Assembly: GCF_964204645.1 (NCBI RefSeq)
Contig: NC_134030.1
Span: forward strand, 2,894,778-2,958,777
DNA length: 64,000 nucleotides
Direction: 5' to 3'
Origin: Tubulanus polymorphus
Taxonomy: Eukaryota > Animalia > Nemertea
Program-made: the position numbers and the translations under genes
Part shown: positions 25,801 to 38,546 of the stretch, piece after piece
Numbering within the stretch: the first letter of the stretch is position 1
Layout of the letters: every line of letters starts with the position of its first letter
Notes under the pieces: generated by a model
Seen by the model: the letters and a program-made list of their open reading frames with translations, nothing else
The model's database searches: none
Told to the model about the DNA's origin: nothing

Positions 25801-27089
25801 GTGGACCATGTTGTTTTGTGCGAAAAATATCCATGTTACTTTGTAACCGCATGGGCGATTGAGAGCTGAATATTATTTGTATTACGCAGATTATTGTAAT
25901 TACTGCCAAACACACAAAACTAAATGCGTGTTTTCAGAAGCTGTAATTATAGATGATTGCTGAAGTTCATAGTTCAGCTTCGTATTTACTGATGTCCAAT
26001 ATTTCATACTGATTGCAAACAAAATACTTCAATCTATACAATTAGAATAACCACAATCTGACGTGTAGAATAGAGTACAAATTGTATAAACAGTAAATAA
26101 AAAAACACGTCGGCGTTTTCAATTTTTATCAGAGACAAATTGCGACTAGTACTGATATCAAATCCTGCTTTGGGATTTCACTTACCAAAAAGCAGGAACG
26201 GATCTCGGGAAATGAAAGGCGGGGCTAAAAGAAAAGGTAGGATGTTCCTTGGATAGAACAGCTATAACGAAGGCTGTCGTGAGTGGGGTTACATCATCAG
26301 GATTAGATTTTCTTTTCAAGAAGAAATACGTCTGAAAAGATGCGATTCTGAAGGACATAATCATCTGAAGATTACTACCCAAGAAATACATACAACCTTC
26401 AATGACAACACTCCATATAACATAAAATCTCACAATACATATTTTTATAGCCATCTCCGGGAAGATGACTATAACTATGTGACTCTAATGTGTTCGATCT
26501 ATTATATTGCATAAATGACGTAATATTTAAACCTGATACTCGTACCAACAATTAAAACCATTTTCCGTAGAGACAAGTGTAGTAAAAATGAAAAAATAAC
26601 ACCCATATACTGAAATACACGCAAAGAAAACAGCGCCGAATCTCGGAATGACAATACACGCACTGCAGTTAAAGTGCCATAGGAAAAAAACTAGGCAAGA
26701 TATCTTAAAATTTCAAAGTTCACCTGAAAGGGGGCATTTATGCGCACAGTTCTTGAAATGCTTGGATTTTGTAGAAAATCATTTCTGAAAATAACGAACT
26801 TCAAAGTTCAGTACCCTTGATTTTTATGCGCACGGCAAAAACTGACCGCCAATTTTTATATCGCTCTCATGTCGCATTGTTGCAAATTTGAGAAATGATT
26901 TTTACATAACTGAAAACTAGAGATTCACGCGGTTTGAATGTTGCTGAAACTGTCAAAATCCATCCATGGACAGATGAAATATGATACAACACACATCACG
27001 GATAGTTTTTAAAAAATAGAAAAAACCCAACAATACGGGACAAAAGTACCCTAACAAAATGGCGGCTAGCAACTGTAAAATGGTTTATT

Positions 27090-27235
27090 GAAAAATTCTA
27101 TATCAGAATGATTGTATTTGAGGAGCGACGTTTCGGCTAATAACTGCCATCATCAGGCGTACTGCCCGATGATGGCTAACAGTTGTTAGCCGAAGCGTCG
27201 CTCCTCAAATACAATCATTCTGATATAGAATTTTT
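27090..27235. mobile_element. Inverted pair of hammerhead-motif (Penelope-like) repeats
   Basis: The - strand reads CTGATGA-T-GGC-agttatta-GCC-GAAAC-GTC followed by AATAAA. The + strand arm reads CCGATGA-T-GGCTAAC-agtt-GTTAGCC-GAAGC-GTC. The arms are inverted copies of about 60 bp. Confidence 0.7.
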
Positions 27236-28092
27236 TTTTTTGGCTTTGTGATTGTGGGATTTCTCTCGTCATCTTCATACGCGGATATTGTGTATCTTCT
27301 CGTCTAATATGTGGCTGGCTATATTGAACGATTTTCAAAACTGTCTGGTGCAAATATCTGCATTTATTTGCAGAACGAAGCAGTGAATGTTGTCGGCTCA
27401 TCGGAGTTCAATGTTTTAATCATATTTCACTTAAACTCTACTGAATGATTTAGCAAATAAACGCAATAATCAATTAATAATCTACACAGTGAAGGGGTAG
27501 AAACGTCTCGCAGTACCTCTTTATCCTGTAGTCGGACAGTAATTCTTCAACGATGCAGTCTAGCTTTAAACGATATATCTCGTTGTTTTTAAAGTCGCTG
27601 TTATTTGGCGGTAAGTACTTAAATATTCCGCGAATTGATAATACATTAATTGTTAAAAAAAATATTTTCAAGGGAGGAAAGGAATGAATTTGAATTTTCT
27701 AACTTATTCAAAAATTTCCATCGGCGGATCTTTTGGAAATATCTGCTAAATCCAATGAAATTCACTGAAAAATCCTTCTATTTTCCTGATTCACAAATCG
27801 ATAGATGCGACAGCCTGGTCAGACTGGTTATACTGGTTAGACTGGCCGACGATCAATCTAATTCAATAAAGAGGTTCCCAGTTTCTAGGCGCCATTTTGT
27901 GGCGGTCCCTCGAGGTCCCTATTGTTGCGATAATTTGCGCTCATTTTTGAATCATAAGTTTTGATTGAATATCATATAGCTCTGCAGTCCCTTGCTTGAT
28001 CAACTTAATTTATAGACCGTTTTAAAGGAAATGAAATGCAGATATTTGCCGGTGATGCTTGGATTTTTTGAACGCAACAATTAAGAGCAGTG

Positions 28093-29094
28093 ATGTCAAT
28101 GATTACGTTATCCAGAATAAATTTATTGATCCTGATCTTGGTATCATATTATCTTATTATGTTATTAAGTTTCGATAATATTAGGCGATATAGAAGTTTA
28201 CTTTTCATCGAGGCATCAAAAAACTTTCAAGCTAAAGTTATTCTTGTTTAGGGATTCTCGGTAGAAACGCTGTTTGTCCGTCGAATATAAACACGAGTGG
28301 TTCCGACAACACCGCAGCAATTCACGATACGAGACCTTACAAATGTCGGCGTTTGATTTTCCCGAATAACCAGTTCGCTTGCGACGGTGAAATCACTATG
28401 TGGCAATATGCGATCTATGAAGCAAATAATCCGGTGAATCTGTACGGGAGCGTGTGGAGAAAATTAACAGATAATTTATACAAACACATAGGAAGCAATC
28501 ATTTACCGGGTAGAACAGTAACGGGTCAGGTGAACTTTACTGTGCCTAAAACTGATCGTATTCAATTTCTGACCGGAGATGTTTTAGGATTTCATTGCGA
28601 ATCACATCCCGTTAATTCATTCTTGAGGTTAACATCACGTTCCTCGCCATTACCCGGTGATCGCGATGCACTGGGCTATTCGCTGATATTCCATAGATCA
28701 TACGTATTCAACGGTGATGAAAATCGTTTCAGCATCACCGTCACTGAACCTGCCCCGAGCAGACGATATCGATATTTCAATATACGAGCATATGTCAAAG
28801 GTAAGTAGATTCAGGCTCGGGTACCCGAAGGTGGTTAAACACGTAACCGTTTGGTAAATCAATAACCAACGGTTAACCACTTAAAGAAATAATCCTATCA
28901 AGCAGGACCCAGTCCCACAGTTCTGAGCTAGATTTCATTTTACTACGTTAAAAATGAGCTGATTTTAACTCAATCTAATTGTGGAACTGGATATAAAACT
29001 CCCGAATTAAGTTAAAGAAATAGAAATTGCAGAATAGTTTGTTTTCTTTGAAGAGTATTAACATTTTGCAGATTCGGTTATAGAGCGCTGCTGA
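28093..29094 (+). CDS. Uncharacterised secreted protein family, paralog A
   Basis: Domain exon 28252-28800 (phase 1-1): VCPSN...YKCRRLIFPNNQFACDGEITMWQY...VWRK...IGSNHLP...GDVLGFHC...RYRYFNIRAYV. Probable last exon 29072-29094 (DSVIERC*). The first, hydrophobic exon near 28093 is uncertain. Confidence 0.75.
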
Positions 29095-30371
29095 AATCAA
29101 TCATTATAGAAAAGTTTCATATCAAAATTTGCCGGAAACATTTACATTTCAGCTAAAAATGAAGCATTTTTGTAGTATTTAGTTGTTGTTGCTGTTGCTT
29201 TGTAACGTAATAATCAGTAAGAATCCGTAATTGCTATCGATTATAAAAATGGTAAGTATTAACTTTTCAATTTCAATTAGATATTTAAAAGCAGTGATTG
29301 GTCAGACTTCGCACTACAACTATAAACAGTGACTTCTAGATGAAGATTGATACCTGTAGGTAGTCATCCCTCGGTTCAGAGGCGATGGTGCTGTACGTTC
29401 AATTTTATATCTTAAGATTCGTGCGTTTACATAGCGAAAAAAGATGTGAGAACTGGTGGTACATTGAACGTTAACTTTATTTCAATTATACTAGCTTTAT
29501 CTGGTGAATTCGCATCGGTTGAAGCCAATATATGCGCACTCGGCCGCCGATCGGATAACTACATCTGTACTTTCGATTTCCGGTTTCAAAATCAAACCAA
29601 CTGTTTCGCTCCCAACAGGGTCAATCCCTACTTAAGATCAATTGCGAAAGCTAGTATTTCGGATAGAAATAAAGTTGATGTTCAAAGTATTATCTTTCAT
29701 CGCGTTTAAAAAAAACTTAAGGTGTAGCCCCGCAACAAACTGTTGCATTCACTTTTCGTCCATTGGCTGTCCTTAACATCCAGTTATTTTTGGAAGTTTT
29801 GAAGACGCTTTAATAGAGCGTGGCATAGTGTCCCTGGACCACTAGTTGTTCTAATAGTTACTAAACATGTTTATCATTGGGATTATTTGATGATTAATGA
29901 TTTAATTAACCACCGGAAACTACAGTTGAGAATTAGAGTTAACTTCGAGTTAAATCATAACTTGCAGAGCAGTGTGGAACTGATTAACGACTCCTTCCTC
30001 TCATACAGCTAAAACAACGAGTGAAACGAGCTGAAACTTATACATTGCTAAACTTGTCTGTCAAGCGACGAATGTATCAATTTATATTTATCCTTATTGA
30101 AAATGATGATTATCTAATTTGCGCCTGGTTTGAATTGGAATCCATTGCCGCAAATCGCTACTAAATGATTCAACAGATGAAAATACACCACGAACAATTC
30201 ATTCGTTCGAAATCAATCGTTTCAAATGAGTTGAATGACGACGATAAGGATGTAATACCTTTGCCGCTATCGAAATATCAAAAACCTGCTGAACGAATTA
30301 ATGAGATAAAACAGAATAGTCACAGAAGTTTGAACCACTCGTCCTGAGATCGGGCTATCATTTCGTCAACG

Positions 30372-31414
30372 ATGCGTCTTGGTTTTATACGAAATATCCC
30401 GTGGCTGTTTTTTGTGTCTCTGGTGATATTCGAAGGTACGTGAAATAAATCAAAACTAGTCAATGCGGTTACTTTGAAATGATTGGAAATTTTCCCCCTT
30501 CCCGCCATTTGTAATTTTGTAAATTTGAATGTGTGAATGTGTGCATGCTCGATGAGTATACGTGTTGTGACCGCGTGTGAGGGATGGATGTCTCATACCC
30601 GACAAGCAACCTTGCTTTAAATGAGCACCTACCACTGATATTGGAACATCCTTTATAAATATAAAATTTGTTACAATTACTTGTGGAAATAAAATATTAT
30701 TATTATATAAGTTATGTATTACTTTCATATACGAATTTCAAATGAGATACAACGTTATATGACCGATATCTTCATTTCTCAGAGGTTTTTGGCAGTGGAA
30801 ATGATGTTTGTCCCTTGAATATTGACCTGAGTGGTACCGACAACATCGGACTAGAGCAGAGATACTACTCGTGCCGTATTCTGATTTTTCCGAATAACCA
30901 GTTCACTTGCGACGGTGAAATAACTATGTGGCAATATGCGATCTATGAAGCAGAGAATCCGGTGAATCTGTACGGGAGCGTGTGGAGAAAATTAACAGAT
31001 AATTCATTCAAACACATCGGAAGCAATCATTTACCGGGTAGAAATGTAACGGCGGGTCAGGTGAACTTTACTGTGCCTAAAACTGATCGTATTCAATTTC
31101 TGACCGGAGATGTTTTAGGATTTCATTGTGATTCTTATGACGGAAAATCATTCATTAAATTCAAACGTTCTTCAACACCACTACCCGATGATGGGGCTAT
31201 GGGTTACACGTTGTACTTCAAGGACTCATACCAATTTAGCGTTGATAGCGGAACATTCAAGAGTGGAACTTTATACAACTTTTCTGTATCGTCTTCAAAA
31301 GGCCGGTACCGATATTTCGACTTTCGGGCATCTATAGTAGGTAAGTCGATATTCTGATAATAGTTTTTCAAGATAACTTATAATCTACAAGCGACAGGAT
31401 TCCATGCACGGTAA
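30372..31414 (+). CDS. Uncharacterised secreted protein family, paralog B
   Basis: Signal exon 30372-30435 (MRLGFIRNIPWLFFVSLVIFE), domain exon 30783-31340, probable terminal exon 31392-31414 (ATGFHAR*). Confidence 0.8.
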
Positions 31415-31499
31415 GAACATCATTACTTTTCTATCGTTATTCCTAAATATACAAATCAAAACCAAGGCTAAAAATGATAAAATGATACCTTGATCTTAA

Positions 31500-31725
31500 A
31501 GTTTTTTGATTTGATTTGAACACTTTATTTTTCAAATATAATTTACAGCATAGTGTACAAAGCATAATACAAAATACAGTAAATTAGACGTGGAGGGGCC
31601 TGTAGAAACTAAGGAATAGTTTGTATAAAACAGGTCCCTCAAAAGAGAAAAGCAAAAAGAAGAAAAAAAAAAAAAAAAAAGAAAAAAGAAAAAAAAAAAG
31701 AAAAAAGAAAAAAAAAGAAAAAAAA
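31500..31725 (-). mobile_element. LINE (CR1-like) 3' end plus adjacent A-rich tract
   Basis: Minus strand has a gagggacctg...caggcccctc stem-loop, AATAAA and a (TCAAA)n tail. The A/G-rich run spans 31641-31725. Confidence 0.5.
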
Positions 31726-32560
31726 GTTGACCCGGCCGGCCGCATATCTACCGTCTACATTACTTTTCTAAAAAAGTCACGATCAAGCTAACAATAACAG
31801 ATCCGGCAGCTATAGAAATAAACTGATTACATATTCCATCAGAGTTTACAGAAATGGCCCAGCCGATTAGGAGAAACAAGGTATCATTTTATTTTAGCCC
31901 AAACTGCAGAAAAATTTGAGATTAAAAGATGGAAATCTCGCGTGAGGATATTCGTTCAAGACGAAAGATGCAGCAGGATCGGATTTGCAGGTATGGAAAG
32001 ATGATAATGTAATATCGATGGTGGGATGAGATACATTTCACAGCTGTAACACGGGGACAACCAAAACCTTAATCCAGTTCCGCAAGTGTCTGGTTCACGG
32101 AACCCCGCACTGTGCGCACTGCGCGATACCGGTACCGTTGATGCCCAGGGGCCAGGTTTATAGACTGGTATCAACTTTAACCTGGGGGTTAATTCAATTC
32201 ATTTTTAATTGAGTTAACCCCTGGCTCAAAGTTACCTCGCGTTCGGGTGAAAATCGTGGTGGAATTCGAGATGTTTATATACAAATTGAAATTGAAATTC
32301 AATAAAGTGCGGTCTGATAGCGAACGCAATTTGCTATGAATGATTCAACGAATAAATACAAGGAAGATCAATTTGTTCAATATCTATCGTTTCAAATAAA
32401 TACGAAATGATACATAAACGGACGGGAAGAATGTTACGCTTGCGCTTAGCTGCAGTCGGTCATCTTCGGAAATCTGAAATATTCATATCTCGTCGAACAT
32501 AGCGGAATAGTCACAGAAGTCTGAACCAGTCGTCTTGGTCGGACAGCTATTTCAGCAACG

Positions 32561-33425
32561 ATGCGTCGTGGTTTTATTGGAAATATCTCGTGGCCGTTTT
32601 TTGTGTTGCTGATGATATTCAAAGGTACGAAATGCGTTAATATGAAGTAGTTGAAAAATATGTATTCGTTTGATATGAATCTGATTTATATCTACCATAT
32701 GGAAGTTGATGAAATGAATGATGATGAATGATATTCATATTTCGCAGGGGTTTTTAGCAGTGGAGATGATGATTGCCCGTTGAATATGGACCTGAGTGGT
32801 ACCAAAAACACCACCGGACTAGATGAGAAATCGTATGGATGTCAACTATCGATTTTCCCGAATAACCAGTTCACTTGCGACGGTGAAATCACTATGTGGC
32901 AATATACGATCTATGAAGCAGAGAATCCGGTGAAACTGTACGGGAGCGTGTGGAGAAAATTAACAGATAATTCATACAAACACATCGGAAGCAATCATTT
33001 ACCGGGTAGAAATGTAACGGCGGGTCAGGTGAACTTTACTGTGCCTAAAACTGATCGTATTCAATTTCTGACCGGAGACGTTTTAGGAATTCATTGTGAG
33101 GCTCATGGTGGAAGTACATTCATGAAGTATAAATGTTCTTCAACACCCGATGATGGGGCTATGGGTTTTACGTTACTCTTCAAGGACTCATACCAATTTA
33201 ACGGCAGCAGCTTCGACCGAAATTCATACGTGTTTAAGACACCGGCCTTAGTAAGCCGATACAGATATCACAAAATACAGGCATCTTTCATAGGTAAGTC
33301 GAAATTCTGAAATATTATCAATTAATATGAATGAATGAATTCATTTTGCATTTCAACATAAATAGTTTTCAAGATGATATATGATATATCTAAAAGCGAC
33401 TGGATTCGATGAACGGGATGAATAA
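32561..33425 (+). CDS. Uncharacterised secreted protein family, paralog C
   Basis: Signal exon 32561-32624 (MRRGFIGNISWPFFVLLMIFK), domain exon 32748-33293, probable terminal exon 33397-33425 (ATGFDERDE*). Confidence 0.8.
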
Positions 33426-33901
33426 GTAAGTAGGCAGAAAATGTTTCTATCGTAACTCGTAAACATGAAAAGCGTAATTAAACTCCACGGAATGTAAGTT
33501 ATAAGGTTCACAGGTTGCGCGCGAGTTTTTGGAAATCTCACTCGCGTCAGGAATCCGTTGAAGACGGACGATGCAGTAAACAAATCACGTTTTGCAGGTA
33601 AGAGACATAATACATAGAATAGCCAATTTTGAAATAAAATAACTAGTGCAGTTTCACTGACATTTTGAATTATTTCCTTCAATCTTATAATCTTCATATA
33701 GTATCCCTTTTATACATATTTCAGACTGTTGTTGCTCTCCATCGATTTTGAAGAAATATTATCATGAAATGTCTCGATGAGATGCCATATGCGTTTAGCC
33801 GTGACACGAGGAAAACTAAAACCTGTTTGGTTGGGTAAAAATCTTGGTGAAATTCGAGGCGTGTCGGTCTACCTCACTCGGTATCGCTCGGACTGTAAAA
33901 A

Positions 33902-34075
33902 CAGCGAAACCTCGTTACAATGAACTCGGACACAACGATTCATCGGATATAACAAATATGGAATTTCGAAAATGAGAAAATTAATTGATTGATTTCACAC
34001 TGGATATAACGAACTATCGGTAATAACGAACAGATTTTCTGGTCCCATGAAGTTCGTTGTAACGAGGTCCCACTG
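33902..34075. mobile_element. Tc1/mariner (pogo/Tigger-like) MITE
   Basis: Imperfect TIRs cagcgaaacctcgttacaatgaact / agttcgttgtaacgaggtcccactg, followed by TA. Confidence 0.7.
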
Positions 34076-35029
34076 TATTTCACATGTTTTTTCCCAAATG
34101 TGATCCATCTCGTTTTTGAAACGACTAATGGATATTTCCCAAGGGACGCATTCGTTACAGGTCGATTAATATTTTGACGCCTATCGACACGATTTCCATG
34201 ATGAATATCATATTACGTTACAGTCTAAATCATTTTCATTGCGCAACTATATGAATGATTGATATCAGTAATTGCTTCATGACAGAGCTTAATTGTTTTA
34301 ACAATAAATTCGCTATTTTAATCATGGAAATATTTTTTGTCGATTTTTCGCGTATCGGATTAGAATGGGGTACGCGCAGTGCTACTGTGGCAATCGAGGA
34401 TTCCACTCACGGCAGGCGAGGATCCGCCAGGTTCGCTAGTAGATAGTTGGTCGTCCGCATTCGATTTCCTTTTACGTTTCAGTTGAATCTGAATGAACTT
34501 TTCTCTTAAATGAATCAATTATTTATGAAAACTAAACCGATATCTGAGTAGGAGGATGAAAGTATTGTATATCTAGTGAGTCCTGTGATAATATATGGAT
34601 TCAGGAGTCTAAAAATCAAGTTCAAAGTTCATTGAAAATGAACTTATTTTGACAACGAGCAACCTACTGCTTGTCGCGCCATCTAACGGGGTAGCTTGTT
34701 TAGCGGGTACCCCATTGTTACTTATTTTGATAACATCTGCAACAATCAACTTTGTAACGATGCAGGTTTTCCACGGACGGGCCAACATTTCATCATACTG
34801 AATACGGTTTTGATGGAAATGTATTTTGCTGGGTAGAAAGATTTGAGTGTTGAGATATGTATACCTACCAGACGTGTCACATAAGACAAAACTAAAGGAA
34901 ATTGGAGCAAGCATTAAACTGAAACAATCTTTTTGAATCTACCCTAGTAATGATAATACCCTACCTTTAACCTCATCTTACCTTCATTTTCGTGGTACAC
35001 ATGCACATCAGGTATAAGGTTTCTTTTTG

Positions 35030-35896
35030 TTCTAAATACTCACTAACCGTAATATACGATTACTCACGACTTGTAACATCAATAAATGTGAATTGGACAT
35101 ATTTTAAGATAGAATATTGAATCGATAAAAATTGAACTTTGAGATTTATTTGTCCTCGGATGATGAGTTGGGCAATTAAAGATGTCACCAACCTACCTTT
35201 TAAACTAATTGTCCGCAATCGAAAATATCGATACCGGTTTATTGAATTAGATTCTTTAAAAATGTATGATTTTCGGTCGAATGCGCTGTCGAATTGGTAC
35301 AGTTCCTTGAATCTCTCCGTGTAGCCCGATTCTTTGCGATCACCGGATAATGGCGAGGAACCAGATGTAAACTTCATGAATGTATTGCCACCATGAGCCT
35401 CACAATGAATTCCTAAAACATCTCCACTCAAATACCGAATACGATCAGTTTTAGGCACAGTAAAGTTCACCTGACCCGTTACATTTCTACCCGGTAAATG
35501 ATTGCTTCCGATGTGTTTGTATAAATTATCTGTTAATTTTCTCCACACGCTCCCGTACAGTTTCACCGGATTCTCTGCTTCATAGATCGTATATTGCCAC
35601 ATAGTTATTTCACCGTCGCAAGTGAAATGGTTATTCGGAAATATCAGTATATGACATCCGTAATATTTCTTCTCTTGTGCCGCGGAGTAGCCACCAAGGT
35701 CAACATTCGACGGGCAAACATCATCTCCAGCGACAACTCCTGAAAACATCAATATTTCCTCAAAATCATTAGATCCCAACATAATTGAAAATCGAAGTTC
35801 ATATCATACTTATTTCCCAATCACTGTTTGTAACTATTTTTACATACCTTCAAATATCAGAAATGCGAGAAGCCACGATATTAAAACAAGACGCAT
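35030..35896 (-). CDS. Uncharacterised secreted protein family, paralog D (inverted)
   Basis: Signal exon 35896-35848 (MRLVLISWLLAFLIFE), domain exon 35739-35197. The terminal exon is uncertain (about 35069-35030). Confidence 0.8.
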
Positions 35897-36061
35897 CTTT
35901 GATGTTAACTGCAGTCCTCTCTGAACAAATGAAGTGACTTCATTTTGACCGTTCTCTAATATCACTGAGCTTTTATATTTGCGAATAAATTGACAGTGTG
36001 TTGAATCTGCTGAATCATTTAGTAGCGAAGTTCAGTCAATAAAACCTTTTACCTAATTCTA

Positions 36062-36282
36062 CGGAAGCAATAAAGGGCCTTATTTATGTCGATATATCGC
36101 GATATATCGATATATCGACTTTTCGCGAGAAAAATGGTCGAGAAAACGAAATATGTCGTCAAAACGTCACGATATATCGACATATTCATGTCGACTTAAC
36201 GCGATATATCGCGGTATGTCGACATAAATATGGCGACTTGTCGAGTTGGAACGCGACAACTCGAGGCCCTTTATCGCTTCCG
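36062..36282. mobile_element. TA-flanked MITE with internal GTCGAC/ATATCG palindromic sub-repeats
   Basis: TIRs cggaagcaataaagggcct / aggccctttatcgcttccg, flanked by TA on both sides. Confidence 0.8.
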
Positions 36283-36385
36283 TATAATTCAGATATTACA
36301 TCATATTTTTTGTTTTGATAAACCTGAATCTTTTGAAGGCAGACGATTTGAGAATAGATTAAGCTTTTCCCAAACTAGATATTAA

Positions 36386-36672
36386 CCCTTTCAGTGCGGA
36401 CTAATTACTACCCTATAGTGCTGGAGATAATTTGAACATTTTGAAAAATTCCACCCTAGTGTGTTGAATAACGGGAATACCACTATAGTGCGTCTACACT
36501 GTGGTGCGATGTATCGTTAGTTACTAATATCTCACTATGTTTGACAGGTGCTGCCATTTTTCAAGAGGGATAATTACTAATTACTAATGACATCAATACA
36601 CCATAGTGCGGTGTACAAGCAAATCTATCACTGATTTATACACTGCACTGCAGTGTAGACGCACTGAAAGGG
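36386..36672. mobile_element. piggyBac-like MITE
   Basis: TTAA-CCCTTTCAGTGCG...CGCACTGAAAGGG-TTAA: TTAA target duplication and CCC/GGG termini. Confidence 0.9.
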
Positions 36673-36987
36673 TTAAGCAAACAGTGTTGGCGCAACCATA
36701 GGTAAATCTAAACAAATATCTTCACTACTAAATGTAAAGAGCCCTATGTCCTTTGTGGATGAGACAATGCAGTTTCATCTAATCAGTTTAGACACCACTG
36801 CAGATATATCGACGAGCTGTAAATCACAGCCATGGTTAAAATTGAGTAGTTACATTTACGATAAAACGATATTGAAGTCTAAACTTTTGAAATAAAAACA
36901 TTCGAGTAAAAATCAATAAAGTACGGACAGGTGAGAATCATACAATGTGCTTATGATTGAGATAGGAAATTTGCCTGTGGCATCAAC

Positions 36988-37106
36988 GCTCTCTCCCCCA
37001 ACCCCCCTCTCTCTCTCCCCCTCTCTCTCTCTCTCTCCCTTTCTCTCTCTCTCCCCCTTCCCTCCCCCCTCTCTCTCTCTCTCTATCCCCCCAACCCCCC
37101 CTCTCT
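36988..37106. repeat. CT-rich low-complexity tract upstream of GPCR
   Basis: Mixed (CT)n and poly-C runs. Confidence 0.9.
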
Positions 37107-37469
37107 ACAAGTCCGATCGAAAAGCGATTAGGATTCTTTCATTCTTCGTCCTATGATTGGGGACAGGTTTTCACATAATGATACCATAATAATGATGATA
37201 ATACAGTGCAGTCAATATTCTAATGGTATTATCAATTTACAAAATCAATTATTTACAATAGTCGCATTTTCAGAGAAGTTCCATTTAGTGAACTCGGGCG
37301 TGAATCACCGAGTTTAGTCCCCGAGGAAATCATTCACAAACGAATAAACGTCGGGTGTGTGTTCTTGGTATCAAAGGTAAGACCACCGAGCATTTAAAAT
37401 CGGTGGAATATTTCGAGTTTCAAAACTGTAGGAGCGTCGATAGGTTTCATCAGAGATAGAGAAAACAAA

Positions 37470-38546
37470 ATGATGAACGCTTCTTCAAATATCGCCCGAT
37501 ACGTGAATAACTCGTACGTAAAGACTACTACTACGACAGGAGGTGCTGCTGGATTTAGACCGCATCCTCGGTGTAAATACATTCACTATTCCGATTATAA
37601 ACCGTTTCACGTGAATCTCTTTCTGCAAATCACGAATTTCGTCATTTTTAGTATTGCCGTATTCGGCGTTTGCGATAATTTGATATCGTTTGTCATACTC
37701 AGCAAGGAACGCTCAAGGAACACGAGTATACTATATTTGAGATGTTTGGCCGTTGCTGACATGTTTCAGTGTTTATCATATGTTGTTTTTAATTTTCACT
37801 ACGAGCTCTACAGCCATACTCTGTTACTGGACATGACCGCTGAAATAAACCACGTTATGAAGCGCATGTATTCCTACACTCAAGTAATCAGACCCGTATT
37901 TTCAATGATCGGTGATCTGATAACTTTAGTAATCTGCGTAGACAGATACATAGTTGTTTGTTGGCCCTTTAAAGCTGCTAGAATAATCAGCCTGAAGAAA
38001 GGTTACATCTACATGTTTTCTATCATATTAATTTCTGTCGCTGATCAGAGCAAAAACTTCTTTAAATATACTACAAGGCGTTCACGCAATCCGTGCACTG
38101 GATACGAACGGTGGTCTCAAAGACGAACTCCATTTTCTAGAGATACTCATTTGCGATACTACGACGCTTTCGTTCGAGCTCCAATAATCAACTTCATCCC
38201 GACAGTGATAGTGATTATTATAACTATTCGATTAGTTCTCGTTCTGACATCAGCAGAAGCGGCGAGAAAATCAATTTCCACGAATCAAACTCGTAACGAT
38301 CGTAGTTTAACTCTGACTTTAGTTGTAATTTCCTGTTTCTTTTTAGTTCGAAAATGTTTTTTTCTATCCGCGGCCGTCAGGAACTTAATTCTAAACTTAA
38401 GTGGTAAATTCGGTAATGACTCGGCCGCGCTCTATTTAAATCCGACTCAACGTATTCTCAATATGGTTATAGCGTCCGCTAATTTTTTCATATACTGCGC
38501 TTCGAGGCGTCAATTTCGTAAACAGTTCAAGACAATTTTCTGCTAA
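37470..38546 (+). CDS. Intronless rhodopsin-class (class A) GPCR, peptide-receptor/FMRFamide-receptor-like, 358 aa
   Basis: Seven hydrophobic segments. Motifs: TM1 G-x-x-D-N, TM2 LAVAD, TM3 VDRY..VCWP, TM5 P, TM7 NFFIY, helix 8 FR..F...FC. N-terminal N-glycosylation sequons are present. Confidence 0.92.
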   Translation: MMNASSNIARYVNNSYVKTTTTTGGAAGFRPHPRCKYIHYSDYKPFHVNLFLQITNFVIFSIAVFGVCDNLISFVILSKERSRNTSILYLRCLAVADMFQCLSYVVFNFHYELYSHTLLLDMTAEINHVMKRMYSYTQVIRPVFSMIGDLITLVICVDRYIVVCWPFKAARIISLKKGYIYMFSIILISVADQSKNFFKYTTRRSRNPCTGYERWSQRRTPFSRDTHLRYYDAFVRAPIINFIPTVIVIIITIRLVLVLTSAEAARKSISTNQTRNDRSLTLTLVVISCFFLVRKCFFLSAAVRNLILNLSGKFGNDSAALYLNPTQRILNMVIASANFFIYCASRRQFRKQFKTIFC

